A stretch of 46,315 nucleotides of DNA from Prasinococcaceae sp. CCMP 1430 (GCA_013416795.1 RQSC01000004.1:161464-207778), one strand, 5' to 3'. Counted from the first letter of the stretch, positions 11,762 to 24,256 are shown. Program-made: numbers and translations. The notes: a model not told the origin generated them from the letters alone.

Positions 11762-12716
11762 TGTCGACAGCAAGAAAAAACGCCGCAAATCGCGCGCGCC
11801 ACCCGTCCGACCTGGGCTCGATCGCGCGCAGGCGTGGTCCGCCGCCCCGCCACTGCCTGGCTGCGCACCCGATGGCTCGCAGGTGGATACGATGAGCCGC
11901 GCGCGCGCGTGTGGCGCGGTCCGCGGTCTTCCCTGCCCGCCCCCGGCAGTGCGCTGTGCTGCTTTTGCGCTCGCGCTCGGCCGCCAAACACTCGTGCCCC
12001 TGCGCAATAAAGTCGAGCGTGCCGAGCCGCACGCGCTGCCGCGCCGCGCGCGCGCGCGCTCACTGGCACTTTGCTGCCGCAGACCGAGCGGCCGATCGGG
12101 CGGCGCGAGGTCGCCTGCGCCGCCGCCGCAGGCAGGGCCGCCAGCGGCACCCCCTGCCTCCGCGCCGCGCCGCGCGGCGCCGCCAGCACCGGCGTGACAT
12201 GTCTATGATGAGACGGGGATGGGGGCCGCGCCACTCACCCGAGCGAGATCCGATTCATCGTCCCGCATCAGATATTTTCTTGAAATGCGCGGGAGCGAAG
12301 AATGAGTGCGAGTGCGCGTGGATGGCCAATCGCCAGTCGGCAATCGCATGACAGCCGCACAAAAAGTAGGCGCCGGGCAGATGACTGCGAGAGACAGGGA
12401 GGATGTGTGTGTGTGTGTGGTGTGGTGGAGGGGAGGGGTGCGCCACACCGCGCCTGCGGGCTGATGCGCAACTCCCCGCTGTCGCGCGCGCGTCCGGCCC
12501 ACTTTGGCGCCCTCCGTCTGTGCTTTCCCGCCGCGCAGGCAGGCAGGAGCGGAGCAGGGCTCGTCGGGCGCCCGCCGCCGCGGCCGCCTGCAGGCGGCGC
12601 TGTTTGCCGGCCCCGCCCCTAAAAGCGCGCCCTCCAAGGGGGAGCGCGCGTCCGGTGGCGCTCGCGCGCAGGCGGCTCCCGGACAGCCGCCCGCCCGCCT
12701 CGTTCCCGGGCGGCCA

Positions 12717-14118
12717 ATGTGCATCACGGCCGCCGCGCCTCGCGACCGCAAGGGGGACGCGGCGGCACTCGGCGACGGCGTCCCCCACCCCGTCGGGCTG
12801 AGCGCCGGCGTCACGAAGCGAAGGGCGGCGGGTTGGGGGGCGGCCGCAACAGCTGGCTGCGCGGATGGCTTCGACGCCGCCGTGCGCGCGCACGTGTTCT
12901 CGCCGAGGTTCGTGCGCCGCGAGTCGCGACGCGCTCCTGCGACACGCTGCTCCCGAGATCGCGCTACGTTCGCTCGCTTGTCGGTGCGCAACTCGAAGCC
13001 ACAACAGGGGCGCTGACTGACGTTGCCGAAAACGCGCCGCCGTCCTGCAAAACCCGTCCGGCGCCACGCACAGGTATCGGCCCACCAACGGCGGCGGCGC
13101 GCGCGCCGTGCTTCTGACGCTGATCCCTCAGGCCGCGCTGTACGCGTTCTGGGCGACTGTGATCGCCCCGTTGCTTCAGCGCGCGCTCGACTCGGGCGGT
13201 CTGCTCGCTGGCGGCGGCGCGTCGTTGGTCGCGCTGGCGTTCTTGTGTGTGCACTGTGCCGCGCGGGGCTGCCTCTTCGTGAGAGGATTCATGCTCTTTC
13301 ACGACGCCGGCCACAACGCGCTCTTCGCCAGTCATGCGGCGAACAGGTTCGCCACGTGGCCGCTCTCATTCTTGGTGCTCACGCCCGCCGACTGGCCCGC
13401 GAAGCACCGCCGCCACCACGGCGCCGCCGGAAACCTGGGGCAGGCGGACGCCCCGTGGAGCGATACCGTCTTCGTCACCACCAGGACTCGTGCCCGCATG
13501 TCGCCCGCCGCGAGGGCCTTCCACGACGCGGCGAGGTGGCCACCGGTGTTCTTCACTCTCGCGCCCCTGGTCGTCTGGTTCTTCAGGTATCGTGTGCCCG
13601 TGCAGCTGGACACCTTCTCGGGCCGCCTGGCAGCAGCGCCTCACAACATGGTCAACACGCTGGGCGGCGGCGCGCTGATCGCCTTGCTGTGGCACCTCCT
13701 ACCGCTGGGCGGATACGCCGCCGCCTGCGAGCTGGTCGGCGCCTACCTGGGCGCCGCCGCGGGGCTGGCCCTCTTCCACGTGCAACACGTCTACAATCCG
13801 CCCGACGGCACCCCCGCGTACGTGGTCACCGAGGGCTGGACGGTGCGCGATGCGGGGCTGCTCGGAAGCAGCCACCTCCTCGTGCGCGAGCACCTCGGCC
13901 GGGCAGGCGCATACGTCACGCTTGGGATCGAGTATCACCACATCCATCACTTCAACACGCGTGTGCCGTGTTACCTGCTCGACAGGTGCCACGACGAGGC
14001 GCCGCCCGGCATGTGGGACGCCGTCACTCAGCTCGGGCCGAAGGATGCGTGGAGGGCGCTGTGGAACACGCATTTCGACGAAGAGACGAGCCTCTACGTG
14101 CCCATTGGCGGGGCTTGA
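12717..14118 (+). CDS. Membrane fatty acid desaturase (Bacillus Des / omega-6-like clade)
   Basis: Exon 1 from ATG 12717 splices (GTTCGT..CACAG) into ORF 13108-14118. His boxes HDAGH, HRRHH and HHIHH, plus LFHVQH. No cytochrome b5 domain. Confidence 0.9.
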
Positions 14119-14765
14119 TGGCTGGAATTGCCGGCGCCTGGCCTTCGAGGGCGTCCACCGTTGCCTACAATAGACTTTGAGGCGCCTCCCACACGAGCGA
14201 TGATCCAGGCCTATCTATGCGCTGCAGTGGCGATGCAGGCGCAACAGGGCCATTCAGAAATGTCCACCGCATGGATGGCGCACGCATTTTTGCTACCAAC
14301 CAGTGTTTTGCGAGTAAATATACGATGAACGCGACAGACGAACGGGCATTCGCGAGCATTTCAGGAATTGCTGCTGCAAAGGCGTGTGTGCGCGCGAGCG
14401 CGCGGCGCGATACAGGGATGAGGAGGGGAAGGCCAGCCGAAAGGCGCGCTCCCGCGGCGCCCTTCCAGGCGTGCCGCCGCGGTCGCCCCGCCGTTGCTTG
14501 TATGATCGCCTACTTGTGCTTACAGTCACAACGATTTGGCATTGGCTCTCTGGTGGTGCGGGCGTGCATTCTACGTGGGGCGGTGAGACCCACCAGCCCC
14601 CACGGGCGCACTACTACTGTACGAATTCCTTGCGTTTGGATCGATGCCGGGCGCCTCCATGAGGGAGGGAGGGATGGATGGAGGTCGAGGTCACGCGCAG
14701 CCGGCCTCGCACCGGCTGCATCGCGCCGCGGTGCCGACAGTCTCCACTACTGGCTACGAAAGCTT

Positions 14766-16118
14766 TCAGTCGAGGTTGATGCTGTTGCCACCCGCCACGC
14801 GCGGCGTGCGCGCGGGTGTGAAGATGTGCTTCGCGGGGGTGAGCATGGCCGCCAGCTGCGAGAAGCGGCGCGGGTTGAGCGACACGCGCTTGGCAGCCGA
14901 AGCCATGGCGCGCACTGGCGCGGAGCTGTTGGCGGCGTCGACCATAGCGGCAAAGCCCTCGGTGTCGCGCTGCTGCCAGCCGCGCAGCGCCACGCAGCAG
15001 AGAAAGGCAACGTAGAGGCGCGTCTGCAGGCCCGCCGACATCCACGCGCCGGCCACGCAGACCGCGGTGGCAGCCTTCTTGTGTTTCAGCGAGGACCAGG
15101 ACGACGCAGCGCTCTTCCGCAGCGCGCGCGCGTGAGTGCGCAGAGCGGCGACCTGCGGGTGCACGCGGTCTGCCATGAGCAGCGGGTGCGCCGCGAAGAG
15201 CACTGTGTGCGCCAGCGCGAGCACACCGAAGACGCCGAAGGCGGAGACGGCCGCGGCGCCGGCGCGGAGGGCCAGGCTCGCGCGGAGCAGCGCGCCCGCG
15301 TCGCGGCCGTCCAGGGAGGCCACCGTCCCGTTGACGAAGCTGCGAGCGCGCAGGGCGCGCGTTGGAGCGCGGGCGGCATTTCGCGACGCGCGTCAGCACC
15401 AACGTCTCCCCAGGCTCGGCTGGAGCGCGCGAACGGCGCGCCGTCGCCCCGGCGCGGCCGCCACCGCGCGAGAGTTCTGGCGCTGGCGCGCGCGCATCGC
15501 GCTGCGGCACGTACCGCACGGCCGCCTGCGTGGCGTTGAGCACCGCGTGCTCACTGAGCACGGGCTTGGCATCCTTCGTGGCACCGACGTACGCGGCGAG
15601 CATGGAGCGCACGAAGCGAGCCATGAGGACGTAGAGGGCCGCGTGGCACGCGTAGGCCGTCACCGACGTGGGCGTCGTCACCGCCAGCGCGGAGTGCGCC
15701 GCCCACAGCGACAGCAGGACGCCCGCGTACGCGGCGGCGGAGGTGCGCGCGTCCTCCCAGCGCAGCGCGCGCCACGCCTTGGCGTGCAGCCACGCCGGCT
15801 GCGCGGGCTCCCTCACGATGGGCGCGGAGAGCGTGTGCGGCGCTGACATCTGCTGCTCCATGAAGGACACCACCGGCGCGGCGGCGGAGACGGGAGCGCG
15901 GGCGCACTCGGGGGCGGCGTTGGCGATGGGCGTGTCGAGGTCCATGCCCGTGGGCGCTTGGAGCGGCGCGGCGGGGCTGGCGTCCTCGCAGTCGCTGTCG
16001 CCTGCCACGTCCTCGGCCACGTCTTCGGGAGCCACGATGCGCGCGCGGCGCTCGACGGCGGGCGTCGGCGCCGGCTCGCTCAGCGGGCTGGCGCCGGCGC
16101 CGGCGCCGGCGGCCTCGA
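14766..16118 (-). CDS. Reticulon-like protein, plant RTNLB17/18/21 type (5' end in gap)
   Basis: LRWEDARTSA reticulon start and hydrophobic hairpins, one intron. C-terminal WSSLKHKKAA..AW..TRLYVAFLCCVALRGWQQ resembles the RTNLB17/21 extension. Confidence 0.75.
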
Positions 16119-16973
16119 NNNNNNNNNNNNNNNNNNNNNNNNNNNNNNNNNNNNNNNNNNNNNNNNNNNNNNNNNNNNNNNNNNNNNNNNNNNNNNNNNN
16201 NNNNNNNNNNNNNNNNNNNNNNNNNNNNNNNNNNNNNNTATGTTCCCTCTTCTCTACCCCAGAGGCGCTCGCCGCGCTCGCCCCCGCCGGCCGCGCGCGC
16301 GCGCCCGCGCGTCGCAAGCCCCGCAAAAGCAGCCACAGCGTTGTTAGTTTTTTTTTTTTTTTTGGTTCTCCGCTCGGCTCTGGTTCCCTCCCTTTCCCCG
16401 TCGTTCCTTTTTTTGTGCGGTGGGCACTGACTCGCGCATCACACATCGCACGCGCCACCCAACGACGCACCAGCGGCGGCAACGTTCGCCCGCCGTCGGC
16501 ACGACGACCAGCGAAGGCCATCGTCGATCGAGACAAGGGGGCCGGGGCGCGGGCCTGGGTCCGTCGCGGGGTCGCTCGGGGCAACGCAAGGGGCTCCGGC
16601 CGGGGAGACGAGGAGACGGGGGTCCGGCCGGGGGTCCGGGGAAGCGAAACACAAACCCTGAGAACAATGAACCTCAAAGGGGCGGAGCGTCCGCGGCCTC
16701 GCTCGCTGTCGTGTCGTCGAGACGGGGGTCCGAAACCCGCTCGCTCGCTCGCTCGCTCCGCCTGGGCGGCGGGCGATGCGAGATGCGGCGCACGGTCGGA
16801 TGTGCACTGCGATGATGCGAGCCGGCGCCGGCCGGTGCCGGCGGGCGCCTGGTCGCTCCAGCCCTAGTGTCGCTGCCGGGGGCGGGCGCCGCCGTTGCCT
16901 CTGCGCGGCCCCGGTGGCACCGGAAGCGGGCCGCCGCCGCCGCGAAGCGCCGGCGTGCCGCGCCGCTGCCGCG

Positions 16974-18488
16974 ATGGCCGACGCGCGCGAAGAGGAGCGC
17001 GAGCTGGTCGAGCGCGAGCTCGCCATCGGTTCGCTGAACAACAAGATGAGCCGCGTGAGCGAAAAGTCGCGCGCGCTGCTCGACGAGAACTCGCGTCTCA
17101 CCAAGGAGCTCCGCATCCAGAGGGACAACCTCGACGACATGAACGAGTTCCTCACGAACCAAATCAAGTGCAAGCAGTTGCTCAACGCGCAGCTGGAGAC
17201 GGACGTGGCGGCGCTCCAGAAGGAGAAGGAGGATGCCGTGTCCGCGCTCGAGCGCGAGCTCGAGGCGCTGCGCCAGCGCAGCGAGGCCGAGATCGCCGAG
17301 CTCGGCGCGACGGCCGACAAGTACCGCGCGCGCCTCAACGACCTCGAGAACTTTCAGGACCGGATGGCCGAGCTCGAGCGCGCGCTGGAAGACGCCAAGC
17401 GCGAGCTGGACGAGGAGAGGCTGCGCTCCGAGGAAACGGTCTCCAGCCTCGAGCGCAAGCACGTTCAGGAGAAGGACAGGCTCAAGAAGGACATGGCGCT
17501 GCGCATCAAGGAGACCAACGCCAACATCATGCGTCTCACCGACAACCAGCTCGAGACGACCACCAAGCGGACCATCATGGAGAACGAGCAGATCACCTCC
17601 GAGCTGGCGTACCAGTCCAAGCATACCGACGCCATGCTGCACTCGAACGAGCGCCTGCGCTGCCAGGTGGCGGCCATGCGACGCGACGCCGAGCTCTACC
17701 GCCTGACGGAAGCCGACCTCGCCAAGCGCAATCACGTCTACCAGAAGACGGTGAAGACGCTGTTGGCCAAGCTCAAAGAAAGCGAGATCGCGCAGCGCGA
17801 GGGCACCGAGCTTTCGGCCATGCTTGAGGACCACGCGCAGAGCCTGGAGCAAGAGCTGCATGGCGCCAGGATCCGAGCAGCCGCCGCCGAGGAGGAGGCG
17901 CGCGCGGCGGCGACGCAGGCGGCGGAGGCCGTCGAGCAGCTTTCGACGTCGCGCTCGGCGCAGGACGACCTCATGCGCTTTCTGACGACTTGCCTGGCCG
18001 ATCTGCGTGCGAAGACGGCCGCGTCGGCGGCCAGTAGCGCGGGCGATGGCGCGAAGGGCGACGGCGCGGACGGCGCCAGCTTTGACGAGCTGGACCCGGA
18101 GCAGCGCGAGCACGCGCTCACGCACCTGCTCGACAGGCTGGCGGCCGCGCAAGGGCTCGCGAGCAATCCCTCGGGTGCGCAGGTCGTGGGCGGCGCGTGG
18201 CCGGGCGCGCAAACGCGGGGGGTGGAAGGCGGCGCGGGGGCGGAGGTCGTAGATGTGGGCGGGCTCGTAGCTCAGGGCTCGGGCGCCGGCGCGCACGCCG
18301 GGGCGGACGGCGCAGCGGCGCCGCGCGCGGTCACAAGTGTGGCCGTGCAGACGACGGGCGTCACCATGCTTGGGCGAGGCACCATCCACGCAGCCTTCAA
18401 CACCAGCCACGAGCTCCGGCCATGGGGGCAGAAGTCGGCCGTGCGGGCGGGCACGGGCGGCGCGCGCTCGAAGGTGCTCACGCACTAG
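16974..18488 (+). CDS. CFAP157: Cilia- and flagella-associated protein 157
   Basis: Long coiled coil with LERKHVQEKDRLKKDM..QLETTTKRTIMENEQITSELAYQSK..LAKRNHVYQK, typical of CFAP157. Confidence 0.85.
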   Translation: MADAREEERELVERELAIGSLNNKMSRVSEKSRALLDENSRLTKELRIQRDNLDDMNEFLTNQIKCKQLLNAQLETDVAALQKEKEDAVSALERELEALRQRSEAEIAELGATADKYRARLNDLENFQDRMAELERALEDAKRELDEERLRSEETVSSLERKHVQEKDRLKKDMALRIKETNANIMRLTDNQLETTTKRTIMENEQITSELAYQSKHTDAMLHSNERLRCQVAAMRRDAELYRLTEADLAKRNHVYQKTVKTLLAKLKESEIAQREGTELSAMLEDHAQSLEQELHGARIRAAAAEEEARAAATQAAEAVEQLSTSRSAQDDLMRFLTTCLADLRAKTAASAASSAGDGAKGDGADGASFDELDPEQREHALTHLLDRLAAAQGLASNPSGAQVVGGAWPGAQTRGVEGGAGAEVVDVGGLVAQGSGAGAHAGADGAAAPRAVTSVAVQTTGVTMLGRGTIHAAFNTSHELRPWGQKSAVRAGTGGARSKVLTH

Positions 18489-19030
18489 CTGCGGCGGCCA
18501 GGCGCTCCAAGTGCTGGCCCCCCCGCCGGGTAATCAATCCCCTCTGTACACGCCCGTCCCAGCCGCGCGCAGCTCCTCGCGTGGAGCGCCTCTGGACCTC
18601 CCCCCCCCCCCCAAACCACCAACCACCACCCAACCAGCAGTCATCCCTGCCCTCAGCACCGCCGTGTGCGCCGCGGCGGCGGGGGAATCGTCCGGGGAGC
18701 GCAGGCAGGCGTTTTCTTCCCCCCCTTCGCCATCTCGCCATTCTCGTCGGTGTTCGGTGCGCTCTGACTCGAACGCGAACGCGCGCCGGCCCCCGTCGGC
18801 GCCGGCCCGCACGGTCCTGGAACGGAAACGGGCGCGCCCGCGTTTTCGGGGGCGCCCGCATCGCCGTGCGAGATGACGTGAACTCACGGGCCAAACGACG
18901 GTTTGGAGATTTTCGCCGCGCGGTTCCGCGCCCGCGATGCCGCGGCAACGCCCAGTCGCCGCGCCACCTCCGACGCCGCGCCGGGGTCGCCACAGCGGGG
19001 GCGCGCGCGCCGCGGCGCCGCCCGCCCGCG

Positions 19031-19604
19031 ATGTACGCCTACCTCAAGCACTGCTGGCGGCTGGACCCCATCCCCATCGTCTCCACGGGCATCGCGCTCG
19101 TCGGTGAGCGCGCGCAGCGCGCGCTGCGCGCGGGGGAGCGCGCGGGGACGCGCCCAGCGGCCCAACCCTAAGTGCGGAAGTGAGCGCACAAGCGGCGGAG
19201 CGCTGACGCCCGCCTCCCCATCCCGACGACCCCGCCCCGACCACGCGCGCACCACGCAGGTTTCTTCGCACCCGTCGTGATCAAGCCGCTCGTGGACTCC
19301 ATGTCGCCGCCGCCGCCGCGCTTCGACCAGTGCGTGCGCGCGCGCGCCCCGCGTCTCCCACCGCCGTCGGGCACCACCAAGCGCTGGACATGCCGCCGCG
19401 ACCCCCCACACCACCGCCACCATGCCACGGACGGTCGCGCTTTGCAGGCGCTGACGCGACCACGGCCACGCACGCTCTCTCACGCACGCTCCCTTCTCCG
19501 TCCGTGTCTCCCCCCACCCACCCATGACACGCGCCCGCTCGCCCAGGTACACCGGCACGCAGCCCGCCAAGATGATGCAGGGATTCAAGCTGCCCGAGCA
19601 GTGA
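19031..19604 (+). CDS. NDUFA3: Mitochondrial complex I accessory subunit B9/NDUFA3, plant type
   Basis: Three exons give MYAYLKHCWRLDPIPIVSTGIALVGFFAPVVIKPLVDSMSPPPPRFDQYTGTQPAKMMQGFKLPEQ, with one TM and the W..[DE]P.I....I..VG.F.P..V.P..DS pattern. The gene is absent as a unit from the ORF track. Confidence 0.7.
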
Positions 19605-19899
19605 GCGCGCGCACCCCACACACGGCGTCGGCGACAGATGCCGCTGCCCGACATTTTTGCCCCCCTTGTCACACTACGATATTCCACGGAGCGGTGCACA
19701 GGGAGTGCGGCCGGTGCCGGATGGCACGCGGCCGCGCTGCTGCCCGACCGGGGCACGCCGCCAGCGCGTGCTGGATCCGGGCGTGCCGCGCTGCCAACAG
19801 CGCGCGGTCGCACGCGCGAGAGCTCCTGGGCGGTCGACGCCTCGGTGCGAGACATGTTTTGTGTACATCCGAGCCCTGCCCGAGCCGGTGCGCAGGGCG

Positions 19900-21482
19900 C
19901 TATGCAGCGTCGGGCGCCGCCGCCGGCGGCACCATCTTGAGCACCACCTTGACGAGCGTCATCATTGCGGCCTCCTCTTCCTTGCACAATTCGTCCAGAG
20001 CCTCTCGGGTGGCTTCCTCCTGCTTTTTCTTCTCCTCTGGGTCCTGCTCCTCGAGCGCCACCCCCGCCGTCGCCGCCTCCTCAGCCTCCCCCTGCGGCGC
20101 GGACAGCAGCCTGCCGTGGCACATGACGAAGTTAGGCTCCTGTCCCTCCGCAGGCTCTTCCTCGAACGGCAGATCGACGATGCGCTTCAGCGTGGCCTCG
20201 TCGACGCACTCGCTGCGGTTCGCGCCGAGGTGCTCGATCTCGAGGCGCAGCCTGAGGCGCGCGCGACAGCGGCCGACCACCGCCGGGTCGGTGGCGTCGG
20301 CGTGCGCCAGCAGCAGCGCCTCCCATATACGGGCCATCTGCGAGTCCGACCAAGCGCAGCGCGTGCCCGCGCACGCACGTGCGCGCGCAGCGTCGGCGCA
20401 TCGGCGCGTCAGCCGTTGCGCCAACGCGCTGAGGAGCGCGCGTTGGTGAAGAAGGCCGCGCACGCGCGCGCGGTCGCACCTGGTTGGGGCATATCTTGAG
20501 CTTGGCCCTCGCCTCAGCCGCGACGTCCTTGGGCACCTTGTGCGGCAGCACGCGCTTGGCCTTGGGGTCCGCAGCCGGCATGTCCGAGGCGAAGGCGACG
20601 GCGGCGGTCGAGCGCGCGCGCTCCATCGCGTGGGCCTCGGACACGATCCTCTTCAGGTCTGCGACGTCGCGCAGCCGCTGCATGTCCTCGGTCGGGTCCT
20701 CGACGGTCACGTCCAGCGCGTCGCGCTCCGCGGCGAGGGCATTCACCGCCTCAATCAGCTTTGAGCCGTACCCGCGCCGCTGGAAGGGAGGGAGCACCAG
20801 CAGCTGGCTCAGCCTGAGCCTGTGCCTGTCAGGGTACGCGTAGTAGTTGTAAAGCGTGCACACCCCCGCCAGCCGCGCGCCCTCCATCAGCAGGAGCACC
20901 TCCCACCGCTCGTCATACTCGACCAGCGACGCGCCGTCGATGAAGAACATCATCAGCGGCTCGGTGCGCGACAGAATGAGCTTGGTCATGGGGTTCTTGC
21001 GCGGCACGAGCGTGACACCACCGGACGGGCACGCCTTGCCGTCGACAGTCGGGCCCGCGAACTTGGACACCGACGGCAACTGCGCCACGGCAGCCATGGC
21101 GGCGTTCGCCTGCGACAGCGCCTCCTCGAACGCGGCGGCGTCCGTCATCAGCGTGTTCGCGAACGGCACTTGCATGAGCTTGACGATGTCGTCGGGGCGC
21201 TTGCCCAGCGTGGCCTTCTCCTCGTACTTGACCTCGATGTACGCGCACATGGTCGCAGAATGGAGCCACACGTCCACCTTGAGCCCCCTGTACCCGCTGA
21301 TCTGCTCGTCTTCGCCGAACACCTGGTTTGTGTAGCTGGGGTGGAAGGAGCCCGCGCTCGCCCTCGAGGCGAACGCTTCCCTATCCGCCACCAGGTGGAA
21401 CGTCAGAGCCTCGTTCGCAGACGCTGTGAACGCATCGCCGCCCGCGCCGGCGGCCGGGGCGGCGGCCGGCGCGGCGGCCGGC
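19900..21482 (-). CDS. HAT1: Histone acetyltransferase type B catalytic subunit (5' end in gap)
   Basis: SANEALTF, FHPSYTNQVFGEDEQISGYRGL, FFIDGAS, RLRLSQLLVLPPFQRRGYGS and TVEDP. One intron near 20350-20478. Confidence 0.95.
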
Positions 21483-22103
21483 NNNNNNNNNNNNNNNNNN
21501 NNNNNNNNNNNNNNNNNNNNNNNNNNNNNNNNNNNNNNNNNNNNNNNNNNNNNNNNNNNNNNNNNNNNNNNNNNNNNNNNNNNNNNNNNNNNNNNNNNNN
21601 NNNNNNNNNNNNNNNNNNNNNNNNNNNNNNNNNNNNNNNNNNNNNNNNNNNNNNNNNNNNNNNNNNNNNNNNNNNNNNNNNNNNNNNNNNNNNNNNNNNN
21701 NNNNNNNNNNNNNNNNNNNNNNNNNNNNNNNNNNNNNNNNNNNNNNNNNNNNNNNNNNNNNNNNNNNNNNNNNNNNNNNNNNNNNNNNNNNNNNNNNNNN
21801 NNNNNNNNNNNNNNNNNNNNNNNNNNNNNNNNNNNNNNNNNNNNNNNNNNNNNNNNNNNNNNNNNNNNNNNNNNNNNNNNNNNNNNNNNNNNNNNNNNNN
21901 NNNNNNNNNNNNNNNNNNNNNNNNNNNNNNNNNNNNNNNNNNNNNNNNNNNNNNNNNNNNNNNNNNNNNNNNNNNNNNNNNNNNNNNNNNNNNNNNNNNN
22001 NNNNNNNNNNNNNNNNNNNNNNNNNNNNNNNNNNNNNNNNNNNNNNNNNNNNNNNNNNNNNNNNNNNNNNNNNNNNNNNNNNNNNNNNNNNNNNNNNNNN
22101 NNN

Positions 22104-22508
22104 GGCGGGGACGCGGGTCTCAGCGACAGAGAGCTGAGCATGCTCGCTCTCGTGCTCGACGCCAAGAAGGTCACGCAGGCGCTCAAGCTCCTCGAGACGC
22201 CCGGCGCCATCGTCAAGCACGTCGCGCGCGGTTCGCGGCGCTGGGTGTACGCCGCGCGCGGCGGGCGCGCGGGCGGCGGCGGCGCGCACGCCGAGGGCGG
22301 GGCAGGGGGGCACAACGCGCCCGAGACGTACCTGTGCTGGCCGGGAGAGTACTGCGGCTGCCAGTCGTTTTTCTTCAACGTGGTGTCCAAGGGCGACGCG
22401 CCACTCTGCAAGCACCAGCTCGCCGCGGCCATCGCGGACGCCACGGGCTGCCTCGAGGCCACGGAGGTGGCCGACGCGGAGCTCGCTGCGATGCTCGCGC
22501 GGATCTGA
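22104..22508 (+). CDS. ZSWIM7: SWIM zinc finger protein ZSWIM7/SWS1 (5' end in gap)
   Basis: YLC....YCGCQSFFFNVV......CKHQLAA SWIM motif in a short protein ending VADAELAAML. Confidence 0.85.
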   Translation, partial: GGDAGLSDRELSMLALVLDAKKVTQALKLLETPGAIVKHVARGSRRWVYAARGGRAGGGGAHAEGGAGGHNAPETYLCWPGEYCGCQSFFFNVVSKGDAPLCKHQLAAAIADATGCLEATEVADAELAAMLARI

Positions 22509-22915
22509 GCGCAGCAGCAGGTGCGTGCCCGCGCGCAGCGCGCGCGCGTGCGCCTTCAACACCCCCGAGGATTACACACCTTTCTTTTGGTACTGATTCC
22601 GAGCCGCCGCTCGCGGAGACGCGCTCGGCGGTGTGCGGAGACACGAAATCGCGCTCGCGTGAGAACGCGGGCGCATGAGGGGGTCGCGGGCGAGCGCGCG
22701 CCGAGACCTGCCGCCGCCTCGATGCGCGAGTGCTCGCGCGCGCGCGAGTATGCGCGCGTGAGAGAGAGGGAGAGGGAGGAGCCCCCCCGCGCCCGTCGCG
22801 CTGACAGTGCGCGCTCGCGCACCGCACGCTCTCCGCGTGGCAGGGTGCCGAGGCGACTGGGCTCGCCGTTGTCGGCCCTCGGCGATGGTGCAAGGCGCGG
22901 CGGATGCGCACGCCA

Positions 22916-22990
22916 AGAGTGAGAGAGAGAGAAAGAGGGAGGGAGGGAGGGAGGGAGAGAGATACCGCGGGATAGAGGAGGGACAGAGAG
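22916..22990. repeat. (GA)n/(GGGA)n purine microsatellite
   Basis: gagagagagagaaagagggagggagggagggagggagagaga. Confidence 0.8.
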
Positions 22991-23334
22991 CCGCCAACGG
23001 CGGTTCCAGCACCAGGCAGGCGTCGCAGCACCGTGCTGCTTGGCGCCTCGCCCGCGCCGCTGGCTTTGAGCCCCGCACCCACCCCACACCCACGCACACC
23101 CACTTACACCCCACCCCATCTGCCGCTGGGCCCGCAGCCGCCAGACCGAGCGCGCGCGCCCCGCCCCTGTTGTGTACTACATACCATACACCCGTGTCAC
23201 CGCCTCGCTGGAGGCGCGCGCTTGCCGGGTCTTGCTACGCTCGCATTGCACATATTGTTATCGTACACCCGCATGTCATACACGCGCGCTGCAGCAGCTC
23301 GGGGCGGCTGGCCGCCGGGGCCGCGGCGCGGACG

Positions 23335-23691
23335 TCAGTCTTCGGCCTCTAGCAGCGTGATGCGCTCCTTCGGCCTGCCCTCGGGCGCCACGCCCAGCTC
23401 GTCCAGCCCGTTTTCCGAGTCCCACCACGCGCACACCTTGGCGTGCTCCTTTCGCGTTTTTTTCCGCTTCTGATCGCGCTCTTTGCGCTCCTCCTGCCTC
23501 CTCCGATTCTCCTCCTTTTGCTCCCGCATCTCCGCCTCTTCCTCGGCCTTCCTCTTCAGCCCCGCCTCCTTGGCGGCCTCCTCCTCGGCCTTGCGCTGCC
23601 TTCGGGCCTCCGCGTTGGCCTTGGCCTTGGCCTTGGCGGCCTCATTGGCCGCCCGTTTCGCGGCCTCCAGGACGGCGTTCTTGGGCGGCAT
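23335..23691 (-). CDS. Small K/E/R/A-rich coiled-coil hypothetical protein
   Basis: MPPKNAVLEAAKRAANE... 118-aa ORF with coding-like composition. Confidence 0.55.
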   Translation of the reverse strand: MPPKNAVLEAAKRAANEAAKAKAKANAEARRQRKAEEEAAKEAGLKRKAEEEAEMREQKEENRRRQEERKERDQKRKKTRKEHAKVCAWWDSENGLDELGVAPEGRPKERITLLEAED

Positions 23692-24256
23692 GGCGGCCGG
23701 CGCGCCGAGGACGGCGAGGGCAGTCACACCGCGGCGGGGTCAGCCCCCTCGCCCCCCCTTGCCCTCCCCCGCCCGCCGCCCGCGCCCACGCCTCGTGCGT
23801 CCCCCTCGCTCCCTCCGCCGACGCCGGCGCCGGACCCCATCGCCGGCGCCACCGGCGCACTCGCGCGCGAAAGAAACCGTCAAACCCTATCCGTTTCTCG
23901 CCGCGCCAAAAGGTCCCACTCTTGTTTCGCGGTCGTCGCAGCTCTCGCGGGTTCGTCGCGCCGCGCCAATTTCGGCGCGCGCGACGCCCAAGAGGGAAGG
24001 GCGAAAGAATGTCAAGTCGCGGCGGAGGCGCGCGCGCCCGCCCCGAAAAGTCGGCCGCCGCCGGTTTCGGACGCGCGCACCGCCGCTTTTTTCTTTTTTT
24101 TTTGCGGCGCGCGCGTTTTTGCGGCGGCGGCGGGTGAAAGCAGCGCTCGGCCGCGCCCGCGCAGCGCGCGCGCACGTACCGTCCGCGCGGCAGAAGCACG
24201 CCGAGGGCGCCGAGTCGCACGCGTCGCAGGCGACCGAGTAGAGCAATTGCGTCGCC

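Noticed and set aside
12202-12380. C-box-like ATGATGA and an Sm-like T-run suggesting a sno/snRNA
   Set aside because: No properly placed D box or terminal stem, and no similarity to U snRNAs that I can recognise.
20132-22678. Very long ORFs spanning N-runs (also at 3.1-5.7 kb, 14.6-16.9 kb and 42.8-44.8 kb)
   Set aside because: Artefacts of translating through N gaps.
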